This document shows positions 1 to 7,749 of a stretch of DNA of 32,000 nucleotides, in pieces. The translations under genes were made by a program, and so were the position numbers. Origin of the DNA: Haloferax volcanii DS2 (GTDB taxonomy: Archaea > Halobacteriota > Halobacteria > Halobacteriales > Haloferacaceae); NCBI RefSeq assembly GCF_000025685.1, contig NC_013967.1, forward strand, positions 2,070,001 to 2,102,000, read 5' to 3'. The notes under the pieces are model-generated. The model was not told the DNA's origin. It saw only the letters and a program-made list of their open reading frames with translations, and searched no databases. Within the stretch, counting starts at the first letter, position 1; the number at the start of each line of letters is the position of its first letter.

Positions 1-99
1 CGGCGCGTCGGCGTCGTCGGGGGTGACGGCGAGCAGTCGCTCCACGTCGGCATCGTCGATAGTCAGGTCGACTCCGTACTCGTCGGCACCCGTGAACAT
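1..99 (-). CDS. First 33 codons of a gene that runs off the left edge of the window; function not assignable
   Basis: ATG at 99..97 on the minus strand. The translation MFTGADEYGVDLTIDDADVERLLAVTPDDADAP is acidic and GC3-rich like the neighbouring genes. A TATA-like element lies 24-29 nt upstream. Confidence 0.5.
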   Translation of the reverse strand, partial: MFTGADEYGVDLTIDDADVERLLAVTPDDADAP

Positions 100-122
100 A
101 TCTCTCGGTGCGTGACGAACCA

Positions 123-128
123 CTAAAA
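123..128 (-). promoter_or_regulatory. TATA-like box (TTTTAG on the minus strand) for the gene starting at 99
   Basis: An AT-rich hexamer in otherwise GC-rich DNA, at -24..-29 from the ATG. The same spacing recurs at many starts in this window, consistent with leaderless haloarchaeal mRNAs. Confidence 0.35.
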
Positions 129-414
129 GCGTGTCATTCGCGGCGATACGGCGGCGTCGAGACCGAAGCGCGGAAGTCGAGTTCGGGACCGGATAGTTGG
201 TGCCAGACACGTCTCCGGCCCGTCCGAAGCGCCGTCAGGCGCTCGCCCCGAGTTGGTTGCGAGTGAGACTCGCGTCGTCGTCGCGACGTTCGGACTCCAC
301 TTCGACTCTCGCGTCGTCTTCGCGACGCGGGAGCGCGCGGCGCACGTTGCCTCAGTTCCCGCCGGGCAGACGGACAACCGCGCCAGACACTGTTTATCGC
401 GGACCGTTAAGGTC

Positions 415-1035
415 CTATCGGCGCTCGCGGACGGCCTCGACCCGACCGGACCCGCGTGCGAGCCGGACGCCGGCGTCGACCAGCCACTCGCGGGCCCGCC
501 CCTCGCCGTGGACGAGCACTTCGACGAGGTCGCTCGGCTCGTCCACGTCGACGGCGAGTCGCATCGAGTCCACCTCGGCGAACGAACAGCCGGCGTCGCG
601 GGCGATTCGTCGGTGGTCGAGAATGGACGCGCCGTGGTAGTCCACGGAGAACTCGGGGTGGCGGACGACGAGCGCGTTCGTCCCTCCGCCGAGACCGGGC
701 GCGGCGACCACGTCGGCGTCGGTTTCGAACAGCCGCGACAGCGCCGCGGGCGTCGCGAGCGCGAGGTCGGCCATGACGACCGCGACGGGGCCGCCGCCGA
801 GGTCGTCGAGTTCGCCGCCCACGACTTCGGTGAGCGGTCGGTCGTCCACGGTGACGGGCGCATCGACGGTCACGAGCGCGTCCGCGACGACCGCCGGGTC
901 GCCGCCGACCGCGCGGACCGCGTCGAGCACGTCGCGGAGCATCGAGACGGCGAACTCGCGTCGCTCGTCGGCGTCGAAAAACGGGGCGAGTCGGGTCTTC
1001 GGATCGCGTCCCCCGAAGGGAACGACGACTCGCAC
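415..1035 (-). CDS. cofC: 2-phospho-L-lactate guanylyltransferase (coenzyme F420 biosynthesis)
   Basis: 206 aa with a GTG start. The N-terminal VVVPFGG..KTRL...ER..F...ML.DV and the later PGLGGGTNALV match the CofC/MobA-like nucleotidyltransferase pattern. The start lies 6 nt after the stop of the upstream gene. Confidence 0.8.
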   Translation of the reverse strand: MRVVVPFGGRDPKTRLAPFFDADERREFAVSMLRDVLDAVRAVGGDPAVVADALVTVDAPVTVDDRPLTEVVGGELDDLGGGPVAVVMADLALATPAALSRLFETDADVVAAPGLGGGTNALVVRHPEFSVDYHGASILDHRRIARDAGCSFAEVDSMRLAVDVDEPSDLVEVLVHGEGRAREWLVDAGVRLARGSGRVEAVRERR

Positions 1036-1041
1036 GGAGAA

Positions 1042-1836
1042 TCAGCCCAGTTTGTCGTAGGTCGTCTGCTGGGACCGCCAGTAGAGGAATCCACCGACGA
1101 TGAGCGCGACGACGAGCAGACCGCCCGCCGCGTAGATGAGCAGTTGGGTCGTCTGACTGGACTGCCGGGCCTGGTTTGCGCTCGTCTCCGCCTCGTTGGC
1201 GAGGTTCGTCGTGAGACTGAACTCCTCGCCGTTGAACGCTTCGACAGCGTTGGCAAACGTCTGCTCGGCTTGTTGCGTGTTGGCCCCACTCGCACGCTCA
1301 ATCGCGTCCCGCGCGCTGTCGAGTTCGTCCCGTGCGGCGGCACTTTCTTCGGTGTAGTGGTGGACCGACCACGAGTCGATATCGTTACTGGAGCCACCTT
1401 CGCGGGTCTGGTCGAGCGAGATTATCGTGAACGTCTGTGCGGGGTCGTAGCTGAACGACTCCACTTCGGGAACGATTCCCGTTACGGTGACCTCCACTTC
1501 GCTCGTCCCGTCGGCAGTGGCGATCTGCGCGCCGCTGAAGTTCTGCCCGTCAAAGGACTGCTGGTCGACTCTCGCGCCCGTCTGGTCGTAGTACGCGACG
1601 GTCCACGTCACGTCCTCCAGGTCGGTCTGACCCGCGAGCGTCCACGATTCGAGTTGTGGGCTCCGGTACAGTTCTTCGAGGGTGACCGACGCGGTCACCT
1701 GCGAACCGACCTGCGCCTCGTCGGGGACGTCGTCGGACGCGACGCTCACCGCCCCTGCTTGCCCTGCGAAGGCCGACAGGAGTACGACGAGCGCGAGCGC
1801 CAGCTTAGAAAAGCGACTCCAGTTCGTCCTCGTCAT
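1042..1836 (-). CDS. Secreted, C-terminally membrane-anchored protein of unknown function
   Basis: 264 aa. It has an N-terminal Sec-type signal peptide (MTRTNWSRFSKLALALVVLLSAFAGQAGA), a beta-rich region, then a helical Q/S/T/A-rich region. A single C-terminal TM (LLIYAAGGLLVVALIVGGFLYW) is followed by a 13-aa tail. The ATG at 1836 overlaps the last 32 nt of cetZ. Confidence 0.75.
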   Translation of the reverse strand: MTRTNWSRFSKLALALVVLLSAFAGQAGAVSVASDDVPDEAQVGSQVTASVTLEELYRSPQLESWTLAGQTDLEDVTWTVAYYDQTGARVDQQSFDGQNFSGAQIATADGTSEVEVTVTGIVPEVESFSYDPAQTFTIISLDQTREGGSSNDIDSWSVHHYTEESAAARDELDSARDAIERASGANTQQAEQTFANAVEAFNGEEFSLTTNLANEAETSANQARQSSQTTQLLIYAAGGLLVVALIVGGFLYWRSQQTTYDKLG

Positions 1837-2992
1837 CGTTTATGAGGGTCTCCAGATTCGAATCACTCTCTTGACGGATCTCTTCGATGTTATCCTGTGC
1901 TTCGATGGCGACCTGCTGCAGCTCCTTGATGCGCGGGACGTTCGTCACGCCCGACAGAAGGATGACACCCGCCACCTTCTCCGCGCCAGGGATGGGGTAG
2001 TCGCCGCCGCGAACTTCCATGGAACCGGTCTGCTCCTCGATCCACTTCCGCCCGCGCTCTATGCCTTTCCGGTTCAGATGCTCCGGCGGACCAGCGAGCA
2101 CGAGCAGCGCGCGCTCCGCGCCTTCGATTTCACACGGGAGCGTGAGCCGACCGAGCGCGGCCTTGCGGACGAGGCTCGTGATTCGGTTGGTCGTGTGGGC
2201 GGTGTCGAGATTGTCGTCGGGCTCGTCGCCGCCCGTCAGCCGAGACAGGAGGCCGCCGCCGTTGTTCTTCCGCGGCTCGACCCCCTCGGAGGCGTAGCCG
2301 ACCGTCGAAACGCCGCCGCCGGCCAGCGTGTTGATAATCTCCGAGGAGTCGACGACGGACTCCGCGACTTCCTGTCCGTCCTGGACTTCGCCGGCTCCGA
2401 AGAGCACGCCGAACCGGTTGACGATTTCCTCGTTGATCTCGTCGTATCCCCCCTGTACCGACTCGCCGGTCTTCCGCCAGGCGTCGTTGTCGAACACGAG
2501 GAGGTTGTCGACCTCGCGGACGAACGTCTGGAAGGAGCGCGCGGCGTTGAGCGTGTAGATACCACCCTCGTCGGACCCCGGCAGGATGCCGAGCCCGTAG
2601 ACGGGTTCGGTGTAGATGCGCTTGAGGTGTTTCGCGAGGACCGGCGCGCCGCCGGAGCCGGTGCCGCCACCGAGCCCGGACACGACGAGGAAGGCGTCGA
2701 CTTCGTGGACGGGGATGCTGTCGATGGCACCCTGTACCTCGTCGATGTCCTCCTCGGCGATTTCGGCACCGAGTTCGTTGTCCGCACCGACGCCGTGTCC
2801 CTTCACGCGGGATTGGCCGATGAGGACGCGCTGGTCCTTCGGGATGTTCTTCAGTCCGAGCAAGTCGGCTTTCGCGGAGTTCACCGCGACCGCAGCGCGG
2901 ACGATTCCGGCGTTGCGTTCCCGGTCGTACTCGACGAACTTGTCGACTACTTTTCCCCCGGCTTGCCCGAATCCGATCATTGCGAGCTTCAT
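1805..2992 (-). CDS. cetZ: CetZ-family tubulin/FtsZ-superfamily cytoskeletal GTPase (probable CetZ1 orthologue)
   Basis: 395 aa. Starts MKLAMIGFGQAGGKVVDKF and carries the tubulin signature GLGGGTGSGGAP, the T7-like region NDAW, and an acidic C-terminal tail DDEDELESLF. The overall sequence matches my recollection of Haloferax CetZ1. Confidence 0.93.
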   Translation of the reverse strand: MKLAMIGFGQAGGKVVDKFVEYDRERNAGIVRAAVAVNSAKADLLGLKNIPKDQRVLIGQSRVKGHGVGADNELGAEIAEEDIDEVQGAIDSIPVHEVDAFLVVSGLGGGTGSGGAPVLAKHLKRIYTEPVYGLGILPGSDEGGIYTLNAARSFQTFVREVDNLLVFDNDAWRKTGESVQGGYDEINEEIVNRFGVLFGAGEVQDGQEVAESVVDSSEIINTLAGGGVSTVGYASEGVEPRKNNGGGLLSRLTGGDEPDDNLDTAHTTNRITSLVRKAALGRLTLPCEIEGAERALLVLAGPPEHLNRKGIERGRKWIEEQTGSMEVRGGDYPIPGAEKVAGVILLSGVTNVPRIKELQQVAIEAQDNIEEIRQESDSNLETLINDDEDELESLF

Positions 2993-3203
2993 AGGTTCAG
3001 TCCCCTCGCCATTGCGTGAATTGCAGTACGAACGCGGACATAAGCGTTGTGATGGGGACGTGTCGAACCACCATCAGATTATCGGCGGAACGCGGCGACT
3101 CGAAACCGGTGTTAATCAGTCGTTATCCCGTGAGAACCGCTAATCCCGGTAAGATGAGCCGCAGTTCACGGCTGCTTAACGCCGCCGAGTCGTCACTCCG
3201 GTG

Positions 3204-4109
3204 TCAGTTCCGCTCGCCGAGATACGCGCCGAGCGTCTTCATCGACGAGGTGTCGACGCCGAAGACGCCCACGTCGTTCCGGTCGGTCGTGTTGTCGAAC
3301 TGGAGCGACCGGTACTGGTCTTTCCCCATCGGGAAGCCGGGGACCGCCCCGAGGACGGTCAGGCCGACGCCCGCGAGACCCATCGGCAGCGGAACGATGG
3401 TGATGGACTTGTTCTCGGCGTCGTACACCATCTCCGTGATTTCGCGGAGCGTGAGCTTTTCCGGGCCGCCGATGCGGTAGGTCTCGCCGGCGTGGTCGTC
3501 GCCCTCGACGGCGTCCGCGAGCATCGGCACGAGGTCTCCGACCCAGATGGGTTGGAACCGCGTCTCCCCGTTGCCGGGAAGCGGGTAGAGCGGGACGCCG
3601 GGCGCGAACATCCCCTTGAGCCGCTTCGTGAAGGAGACGAACTCGCCGCCGTCTCCGAAGACGACCGAGGGCCGGAAGATGACCCAATCGAGCCCGGACG
3701 ACTTGACCGCCCCCTCGGCTTTCCCCTTCGAGCGGATGTAGGCCGTGTCGCCGTCGGAGTCGGCTCCGAGCGCGCTCATCTGGACGAGTCGGGGCACGTC
3801 GTTGGCCTCCGCGGCCTTCACGACGTTTTCGGTCCCCTGCCAGTGGACGATGTCGTGCATTCGATTGCCGCCGCTCGGTTCGAACAGCGGCGACAGCGCG
3901 ACGAGGTTGACGACCGCGTCTTTCCCCTCGAACGCGCCCGCGATGGAGTCGTAGTCCGTCACGTCCCCCATCGCCTTTTCGACGCCGTCGGGGAGGTCCT
4001 CGCTGTTCGGACTCCGCGACATCGCGGTCACGCTGTGTCCCCGCGATTGTAGTTCGCGGCAGAGGTGGCTCCCGATGAATCCGCTTCCGCCGACAACAAG
4101 GACTTTCAT
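3204..4109 (-). CDS. NAD(P)-binding epimerase/dehydratase-family protein (NDUFA9-like / NmrA-like)
   Basis: 301 aa with the Rossmann motif VVGGSGFIGSHL at the N-terminus and SDR-extended-like Y..SK (YIRSKGKAE). CTTTAC lies at -25..-30 (4134..4139). Confidence 0.8.
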   Translation of the reverse strand: MKVLVVGGSGFIGSHLCRELQSRGHSVTAMSRSPNSEDLPDGVEKAMGDVTDYDSIAGAFEGKDAVVNLVALSPLFEPSGGNRMHDIVHWQGTENVVKAAEANDVPRLVQMSALGADSDGDTAYIRSKGKAEGAVKSSGLDWVIFRPSVVFGDGGEFVSFTKRLKGMFAPGVPLYPLPGNGETRFQPIWVGDLVPMLADAVEGDDHAGETYRIGGPEKLTLREITEMVYDAENKSITIVPLPMGLAGVGLTVLGAVPGFPMGKDQYRSLQFDNTTDRNDVGVFGVDTSSMKTLGAYLGERN

Positions 4110-4255
4110 GCCGTAATATTCGGCGGAATGGGGGTAAAGCTAACGGGGAATCGGGGTCGATTTCGCCGGAGAACACCCCGATGGGAACGACGCTCTTCCG
4201 GGCGGGCGCGTCAGACCGCGCCACCGGCCCGCACCCGCGCCGCCCGCGACCGCGC

Positions 4256-4534
4256 TCAAAACAGTATCGAGGGCGCGACCGGTCCGTCGGTGCGTTTCAC
4301 CATCCGACCGACTCGGTCGTAGGCGACGAGCTCCTCGGACGGGTCGGGGCAGTCGTCGGGCGCGTCGGCCGGGTGGTCGACCTCCGTCTGCTTCGTCGCG
4401 AACGACGCGTCCGTCGGGGGGACGCTCTCGTCGAACCGGACGACGGTGAACGGCTTTTCGCTCGGACGGAGGCCGTCCCACCGCTCGCGGGCGGGTGGCA
4501 CACCACACATGCCGGGTCGCGTTGACATTATCAT
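4256..4534 (-). CDS. Small conserved-looking hypothetical protein (92 aa)
   Basis: An internal ATG of the 225-aa track ORF; the longer form would overlap tmk. The product MIMSTRPGMCGVPP...DRVGRMVKRTDGPVAPSILF is acidic. The ATG at 4534 is exactly 26 nt from the centre of the T5/A5 tract shared with tmk. Confidence 0.55.
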   Translation of the reverse strand: MIMSTRPGMCGVPPARERWDGLRPSEKPFTVVRFDESVPPTDASFATKQTEVDHPADAPDDCPDPSEELVAYDRVGRMVKRTDGPVAPSILF

Positions 4535-4557
4535 TGCGGCGTCTCGCTTCGGCGCGC

Positions 4558-4562
4558 TTTTT
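4558..4562. promoter_or_regulatory. Single T5/A5 tract, candidate shared bidirectional TATA element
   Basis: It is the only AT-rich element in the 51-bp divergent intergenic region 4535..4585. It lies -24..-28 from both the tmk ATG (4586) and the minus-strand ATG (4534). Confidence 0.35.
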
Positions 4563-4585
4563 CCGGAGCGCCGAGTTGGTAGGAT

Positions 4586-5179
4586 ATGCTCGTCACACTC
4601 GAAGGGCTCGACGGGAGCGGGAAGACGACCGTCTGGGAGGCGCTCCACGACGCGTACCCCGACGCCGTCTTCACGCGCGAGCCCACGTCGGACTCGTGGT
4701 ACGGAGAGGCCGTCAACCGCGCCATCGACGACGACGGCGCCGACCCGCTCGCCACGCTGTTTCTCTTCACCGCCGACCACGCCGACCATCTCTCGCGGGT
4801 CGTCCGACCCGCCCTCGCCGACGGGAAGCTCGTCGTCTCCGACCGCTACTCCGACTCGCGGTACGCCTATCAGGCCGCCGCGCTGCGCGACAGCGACCTC
4901 AGACGCCCGATGGAGTACATCAGAGGCATCCACACGGCGTTCACCCGTCCGCCGGACAAGACTATCTACCTCGACGTGGACCCCGAGACGGCCGCCGCGC
5001 GCAGCGGCGCGACGAACAAGTTCGAACAGGCGGCGTACCTCGCGGACGTGCGCGAGAACTACGAGCGACTTGTCGAGGCCGAACCGGAGCGGTTCGTCCG
5101 CATCGACGCGACGCAGTCGCCCGAGGACGTGCTCGACGCGGTCGAAGCGGCGCTCGAAGCGATTCTCGCGGAACAGTAG
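4586..5179 (+). CDS. tmk: Thymidylate (dTMP) kinase
   Basis: 197 aa with the P-loop [11 protein letters not shown], the DRY motif ([12 protein letters not shown]), and a lid-like region. Confidence 0.92.
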   Translation: MLVTLEGLDGSGKTTVWEALHDAYPDAVFTREPTSDSWYGEAVNRAIDDDGADPLATLFLFTADHADHLSRVVRPALADGKLVVSDRYSDSRYAYQAAALRDSDLRRPMEYIRGIHTAFTRPPDKTIYLDVDPETAAARSGATNKFEQAAYLADVRENYERLVEAEPERFVRIDATQSPEDVLDAVEAALEAILAEQ

Positions 5180-5198
5180 CCGCCGACCGACTCGCAGT

Positions 5199-5519
5199 TC
5201 ACCGCGAGTTCGGGAGGTTCTCGTACTCCTCCGGCGGCGGGACGTAGAGCGTGTCGATGGTGAAGCCGAGCGCGAGCGGCATCCCTATCATCACGCCGAG
5301 GGCGGCCGTGGGGCTGCCGAGGTTCACGCCGATGCCGAAGACGCCGGAGAACACCAGCGTCGAGACGAGTAGCACGAGCGGAATCAGAAACAGGGCGTAC
5401 AGGATGTACCCCCACTGCGTCTTCAACCGCAGGCGGAAAAAGCGGGTCATGACCGCCGCGATGAGCGTGTGGAGGACGATGAGCGCGCCCATGAGCACGA
5501 GGTTGACCACCGAGACCAT
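5199..5519 (-). CDS. Small integral membrane protein (3 predicted TM segments)
   Basis: 106 aa with an ATG start. It has three long hydrophobic stretches, high GC3, and an acidic/proline C-terminal tail PPPEEYENLPNSR. Confidence 0.65.
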   Translation of the reverse strand: MVSVVNLVLMGALIVLHTLIAAVMTRFFRLRLKTQWGYILYALFLIPLVLLVSTLVFSGVFGIGVNLGSPTAALGVMIGMPLALGFTIDTLYVPPPEEYENLPNSR

Positions 5520-5628
5520 AGCCGACGTAGGGAGGCGGTGGTCTTTGGCCTGTCGCTCTCGGCGGCCCGCTCGTCCCGCGCCGCCGTCGGTCGAACCGCC
5601 AGCCGGGTCCGCCCCCGCAACGGGTGAC

Positions 5629-5634
5629 GTTTAT
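5629..5634 (+). promoter_or_regulatory. TATA-like box TTTATC for the E1-alpha gene
   Basis: Located at -30..-25 from the ATG at 5659. Confidence 0.4.
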
Positions 5635-5658
5635 CACGAAGGACCGTGACTCACCGCC

Positions 5659-6705
5659 ATGCACCGACTCATCGCAGAGCGCGGGCTGGACGATACGGAG
5701 TTCACCGCAGACGACGCCCGCGCCGCCCTTCGCGACATGATTCGAGCGCGACGGTTCGACGAGCGCGCACTCGCCCTCCAGCGACGCGGCTGGATGAGCG
5801 GCTATCCGCCCTTCCGCGGACAGGAGGCCTCGCAAATCGGGGCCGCCCACGCCATGCGCGACGACGACGTGTTGCTGCCGACGTATCGGTCGAACGCCCT
5901 CCAACTCGCCCGCGGCGTGCCGCCGAGCGACATCCTCCTCTTTCGGCGCGGTCACGCCGAGTACGCCTCGGACCACGACGTGCCGGTGTTCCCGCAGGCG
6001 GTCCCCATCGCCTCGCAGATTCCCCACGCCGCCGGCGTCGGCATGGCCGCGAACTACCGCGGCGACGACCGCGCGGCGCTGGTCTGTTTCGGTGACGGCG
6101 CGACCTCCGAGGGCGACTTCCACGAGGGGCTGAACTTCGCCGGCGTCTTCGACGCGTCGGTCGTCTTCTTCTGCGAGAACAACGGCTGGGCGATTTCGCT
6201 CCCCCGCGAGCGCCAGACCGCAAGCGAGTCCATCGCGGCGAAGGCCGACGCCTACGGGATGGACGGGATGCAGGTCGACGGCAACGACCCGCTGGCGGTC
6301 AGGGAGGCCGTCGAGCGCGGCTTCGAGAAGGCCCGCGCCGGGGAGCCGGTGCTCATCGAGAGCCTCACCTACCGGCAGGGACCGCACACGACCGCCGACG
6401 ACCCCTCGCGCTACCGCGACGACGAGCCGGACCTCCCCGAGTGGCGGACGCGCGACCCCCTCGACCGCTTCGAGTCGTTCTGCCGCGAGGCGGGCGTCGT
6501 CGACGACGCGGCGCTCGACGCCATGCGCGACGACGCCGACGAGGAACTGCGCGAGGCCGTCGAGCGCGCCGAGGCGACGCCCGAACCGGGGACCGACGAG
6601 CTGTTCGACAACGTCTACGAGGAACTGCCGCCCGAACTCGCCCGCCAGCGCGAGGAACACGTCGCGTTCGTCGAGCGCACCGGCCCGTTCGACATCGAGC
6701 GCTGA
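5659..6705 (+). CDS. Thiamine-diphosphate-dependent 2-oxoacid dehydrogenase E1 component, alpha subunit (PDH/BCKDH type)
   Basis: 348 aa with the TPP-binding motif GDGATSEGDFHEGLNFAGV...FFCENNGWAIS (GDG-x(n)-NN) and E1-alpha family sequence throughout. No E1-beta, E2 or E3 gene is adjacent. Confidence 0.88.
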   Translation: MHRLIAERGLDDTEFTADDARAALRDMIRARRFDERALALQRRGWMSGYPPFRGQEASQIGAAHAMRDDDVLLPTYRSNALQLARGVPPSDILLFRRGHAEYASDHDVPVFPQAVPIASQIPHAAGVGMAANYRGDDRAALVCFGDGATSEGDFHEGLNFAGVFDASVVFFCENNGWAISLPRERQTASESIAAKADAYGMDGMQVDGNDPLAVREAVERGFEKARAGEPVLIESLTYRQGPHTTADDPSRYRDDEPDLPEWRTRDPLDRFESFCREAGVVDDAALDAMRDDADEELREAVERAEATPEPGTDELFDNVYEELPPELARQREEHVAFVERTGPFDIER

Positions 6706-6721
6706 GCCGCGGCGAGTCGTC

Positions 6722-6955
6722 TCAGTCGTCCAGCGAGATGTACGTCTTCGTGTCTGCGACGCCCTCTAACCCCTGCACGCGGCTCGACGCGGTCTTCAGC
6801 ACCTCGTAGACCGCGTCGGTGTCGACCTCCGCGATGATGTCGTACGCGCCCGCGACGATGTGGGCCTCGGTCACCGTCTCGAAGTCGCGGATGGGACCGA
6901 GCAACTGTTCCGACTCGCCGGCTCCGGTCTTCACCATGATGAACGCGTGAACCAT
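6722..6955 (-). CDS. Stand-alone RAM (Lrp/AsnC ligand-binding) domain protein
   Basis: 77 aa, MVHAFIMVKT...AHIVAGAYDIIAEV...TKTYISLDD. This is the beta-alpha-beta-beta-alpha-beta AsnC_trans_reg pattern without an HTH. CTTTTG lies at -26..-31 (6981..6986). Confidence 0.8.
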   Translation of the reverse strand: MVHAFIMVKTGAGESEQLLGPIRDFETVTEAHIVAGAYDIIAEVDTDAVYEVLKTASSRVQGLEGVADTKTYISLDD

Positions 6956-7032
6956 GCGTGAAATATTCTACCACAGTCGTCAAAAGCCTTGCTTCGACCG
7001 AGCGCGGCCCGTTCGTCCGAGCCGGGGGAAGG

Positions 7033-7038
7033 TTATTT
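7033..7038 (+). promoter_or_regulatory. TATA-like box TTATTT for trkA
   Basis: Located at -31..-26 from the ATG at 7064. This supports the shorter start rather than the track start at 6989. Confidence 0.4.
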
Positions 7039-7063
7039 GTCTCCGCCGACATACCGTCTTATC

Positions 7064-7747
7064 ATGCGGTTCGTTATCATTGGTGCTGGACGGGTTGGGC
7101 TGCGCACCGCTCGCGTCCTCCGCGAGGAGGGTCACGACATCGTCCTGGTGGAGTTGGACCGCGACCGGGTCGAGCGGGCCCGCGAGGCGAACTTCGAGGT
7201 GTCCGAAGGCGACGGCTCCCGCGAGGAGGTGCTCGTCGACGCCGGCATCGAGGCGGCCGACGCCCTCGGCGCGCTCACTGCCGACCTCAACGTGAACTTC
7301 GCGGCCTGCATGATCGGCAAGCACTTCGGCTGTCGGACGGTGCTCCGGGTCGACGAGGACTACCGCGAGGTGGTGTACCAGAAGTACGCCAAGGAGGTCG
7401 ACGAAATCGTCTACCCCGAGCGCCTCGGCGCTATCGGCGCGAAGAACGCGCTGCTCGGCGGCTCCATCCGCGCCATCGCGGATATCGCCCAACACTTGCA
7501 GGTCATCCTCGTGACGGTGACGGAAGAGTCACCGATGAACGGGTACAGTATCGAAGAGGTTGCGCTCCCGGCGAACGCCCGCATCCTCGCGTTCGGGAAG
7601 AAAGACGGGCCGATGGGCATCCCGCTTTTGGACGACTCGCTGGAGACGGGCGACCGCGTGGCCGTCCTCGCGGACTTCGACGTACTCAACGACGTGCGAC
7701 AACTGCTCGTCGGCGACGAGGTCGTCACCGCGGCGGGGGGTGCGTGA
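7064..7747 (+). CDS. trkA: TrkA/RCK-family K+ transport regulatory protein (TrkA-N plus TrkA-C)
   Basis: 227 aa from the ATG at 7064. It has the Rossmann motif MRFVIIGAGRVGLRTARVL and a C-terminal TrkA-C-like segment (GYSIEEVALPANARILAF...GDRVAVLADFD). No TrkH-type membrane subunit is in the window. Confidence 0.85.
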   Translation: MRFVIIGAGRVGLRTARVLREEGHDIVLVELDRDRVERAREANFEVSEGDGSREEVLVDAGIEAADALGALTADLNVNFAACMIGKHFGCRTVLRVDEDYREVVYQKYAKEVDEIVYPERLGAIGAKNALLGGSIRAIADIAQHLQVILVTVTEESPMNGYSIEEVALPANARILAFGKKDGPMGIPLLDDSLETGDRVAVLADFDVLNDVRQLLVGDEVVTAAGGA

Positions 7748-7749
7748 CG

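Noticed and set aside
253-1845. 530-aa plus-strand ORF, and similar very long ORFs antisense to real genes: 1682..3019(+), 5059..6660(-), 8679..11096(+), 12520..15348(-), 13170..15446(+), 19903..21135(-) and 23432..24460(+).
   Set aside because: They lie opposite genes with unmistakable family motifs (cofC, cetZ, E1-alpha, both MCPs, TrpD-like, FAD oxidoreductase). Their products are Arg/Gly/Val- or Arg/Pro-rich low-complexity sequence, unlike the acidic proteome. Stop-free antisense frames are expected in GC3-saturated DNA.
4256-4933. The 225-aa form of the small minus-strand gene, which overlaps tmk by about 350 nt.
   Set aside because: The N-terminal 133 residues are antisense to tmk and look non-protein-like. 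An internal ATG at 4534 sits 26 nt from a TATA-like tract, so I kept only 4256..4534.
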